Positions 63,136 to 64,000 of a stretch of DNA of 64,000 bases are shown here, one piece after another; the stretch's first letter is position 1, and each line of letters opens with the position of its first letter. A program made the position numbers and the translations under genes. The stretch covers positions 1,312,001 to 1,376,000 of the forward strand of contig OZ242011.1 of NCBI GenBank assembly GCA_965204755.1, read 5' to 3'. The notes beneath the pieces were generated by a model, which was given only the letters and a program-made list of their open reading frames with translations, was not told the DNA's origin and searched no databases. This DNA comes from Candidatus Marinacidobacterium sp. Lineage in GTDB: Bacteria > Acidobacteriota > Vicinamibacteria > Marinacidobacterales > Marinacidobacteraceae.

Positions 63136-64000
63136 TCAGCCGAAGAGCGAACTCACCGAGGTCTCGCCGTGGACGCTCTCGATGGCGCGGGCGAAGAGGG
63201 GCGCCACCGAGAGCACGGTGAGGCGCGACGCGGACGCCTCGACTTCGGGGGTGAGCGGAATCGTGTCCCCGACGATCAGGCGCTCGACGGGCCCCTCCTC
63301 CACCCGCCGGACGGCCGAGCCGGAGAGCACCGGGTGGGTGCAGACGGCCATCACCGGCGCGGCGCCCGCCTCGCGGAGCGCTTCCGCCGCCCGCATCAGC
63401 GTCCCGGCGGAATCCACGATGTCATCCACCAGGAGGGCGGCGCGGCCGCGCACTTCGCCGACCACATGCATGGTCTCGATGTTCCGGTCGTTGCCCCGGC
63501 GCTTGTCCATCACCGCGATGCCGACGCCCAACTTCTTCCCGTAGGCGCGCGCCCGCTCCACGCCGCCGGCGTCCGGCGCGACCACGATCGGCCGCTCCAG
63601 TTGCAGCGACTCGAGGTATTCCAGCATCACCGGCGCGGCGAAGAGGTGGTCCACCGGGATGTCGAAGTAGCCCTGGATCTGGCCGGCGTGGAGGTCCATG
63701 GCGATGACCCGGTGGACGCCGGCGACGGTCAACAGGTCGGCCACCAACTTCGCCGAGATGGGGACCCGGGGGCGGTCCTTGCGGTCCTGCCGGGCGTAGC
63801 CGTAGTAGGGGATCACCGCGTTGATCCGGGCGGCGGACGCCCGCTTCAGCGCGTCCACCATGATGAGGAGTTCCATCAGGTTCTCGTTCACCGGCGGCGC
63901 GGTGGACTGCACCACGAACACATCGGCGCCGCGCACATTGTCGTGGACCTGGAACCGCACTTCGCCGTCCCGGAAGCGGCCGAGCGAGGCCGAACCGAGC
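63136..64000 (-). CDS. prs: Ribose-phosphate pyrophosphokinase (5' end beyond the window)
   Basis: RF.DGEV, PYYGYARQDRK, DLHAGQIQG, PDAGG, VDDIVDSAGT. Confidence 0.96.
   Translation of the reverse strand, partial: LGSASLGRFRDGEVRFQVHDNVRGADVFVVQSTAPPVNENLMELLIMVDALKRASAARINAVIPYYGYARQDRKDRPRVPISAKLVADLLTVAGVHRVIAMDLHAGQIQGYFDIPVDHLFAAPVMLEYLESLQLERPIVVAPDAGGVERARAYGKKLGVGIAVMDKRRGNDRNIETMHVVGEVRGRAALLVDDIVDSAGTLMRAAEALREAGAAPVMAVCTHPVLSGSAVRRVEEGPVERLIVGDTIPLTPEVEASASRLTVLSVAPLFARAIESVHGETSVSSLFG

Overview
High-GC (roughly 70%) bacterial chromosome segment, probably Acidobacteriota. This is inferred from the SecY insertion before FGGTS, the Cys-containing N-terminal RpoB insertion and gene order; it was not verified by a search. 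About 45 kb (19450-64000, minus strand) is the core translation/transcription supercluster: prs, rplY, pth, rpsF-rpsR-rplI, dnaB, radA, ispDF, rlmB, tRNA Thr-Tyr-Gly-Thr, tuf, rpmG, tRNA-Trp, secE-nusG-rplKAJL-rpoBC, rpsLG-fusA, and the S10/spc/alpha operons. The left 19 kb is accessory. It holds an aminotransferase/2-hydroxyacid dehydrogenase/Na+ symporter/GNAT operon, three exported or membrane hypotheticals, a divergent pilMNO(P)-like cluster, an EF-G2 paralogue bracketed by two copies of a MITE-like element, and a ~2030-aa orphan protein with tandem STAND-like modules. The most striking observations are: (1) RpoC is 1857 aa because a ~471-aa array of five ~90-98-aa tandem repeats sits in its N-terminal clamp region; (2) the giant inverted-architecture STAND-like ATPase; (3) a hairpin-rich MITE family; (4) pervasive 13-21-bp slippage duplications in spacers and ribosomal-protein tails; (5) substitutions at antibiotic-relevant sites (RpoB D516E equivalent, divergent L22 tunnel loop).
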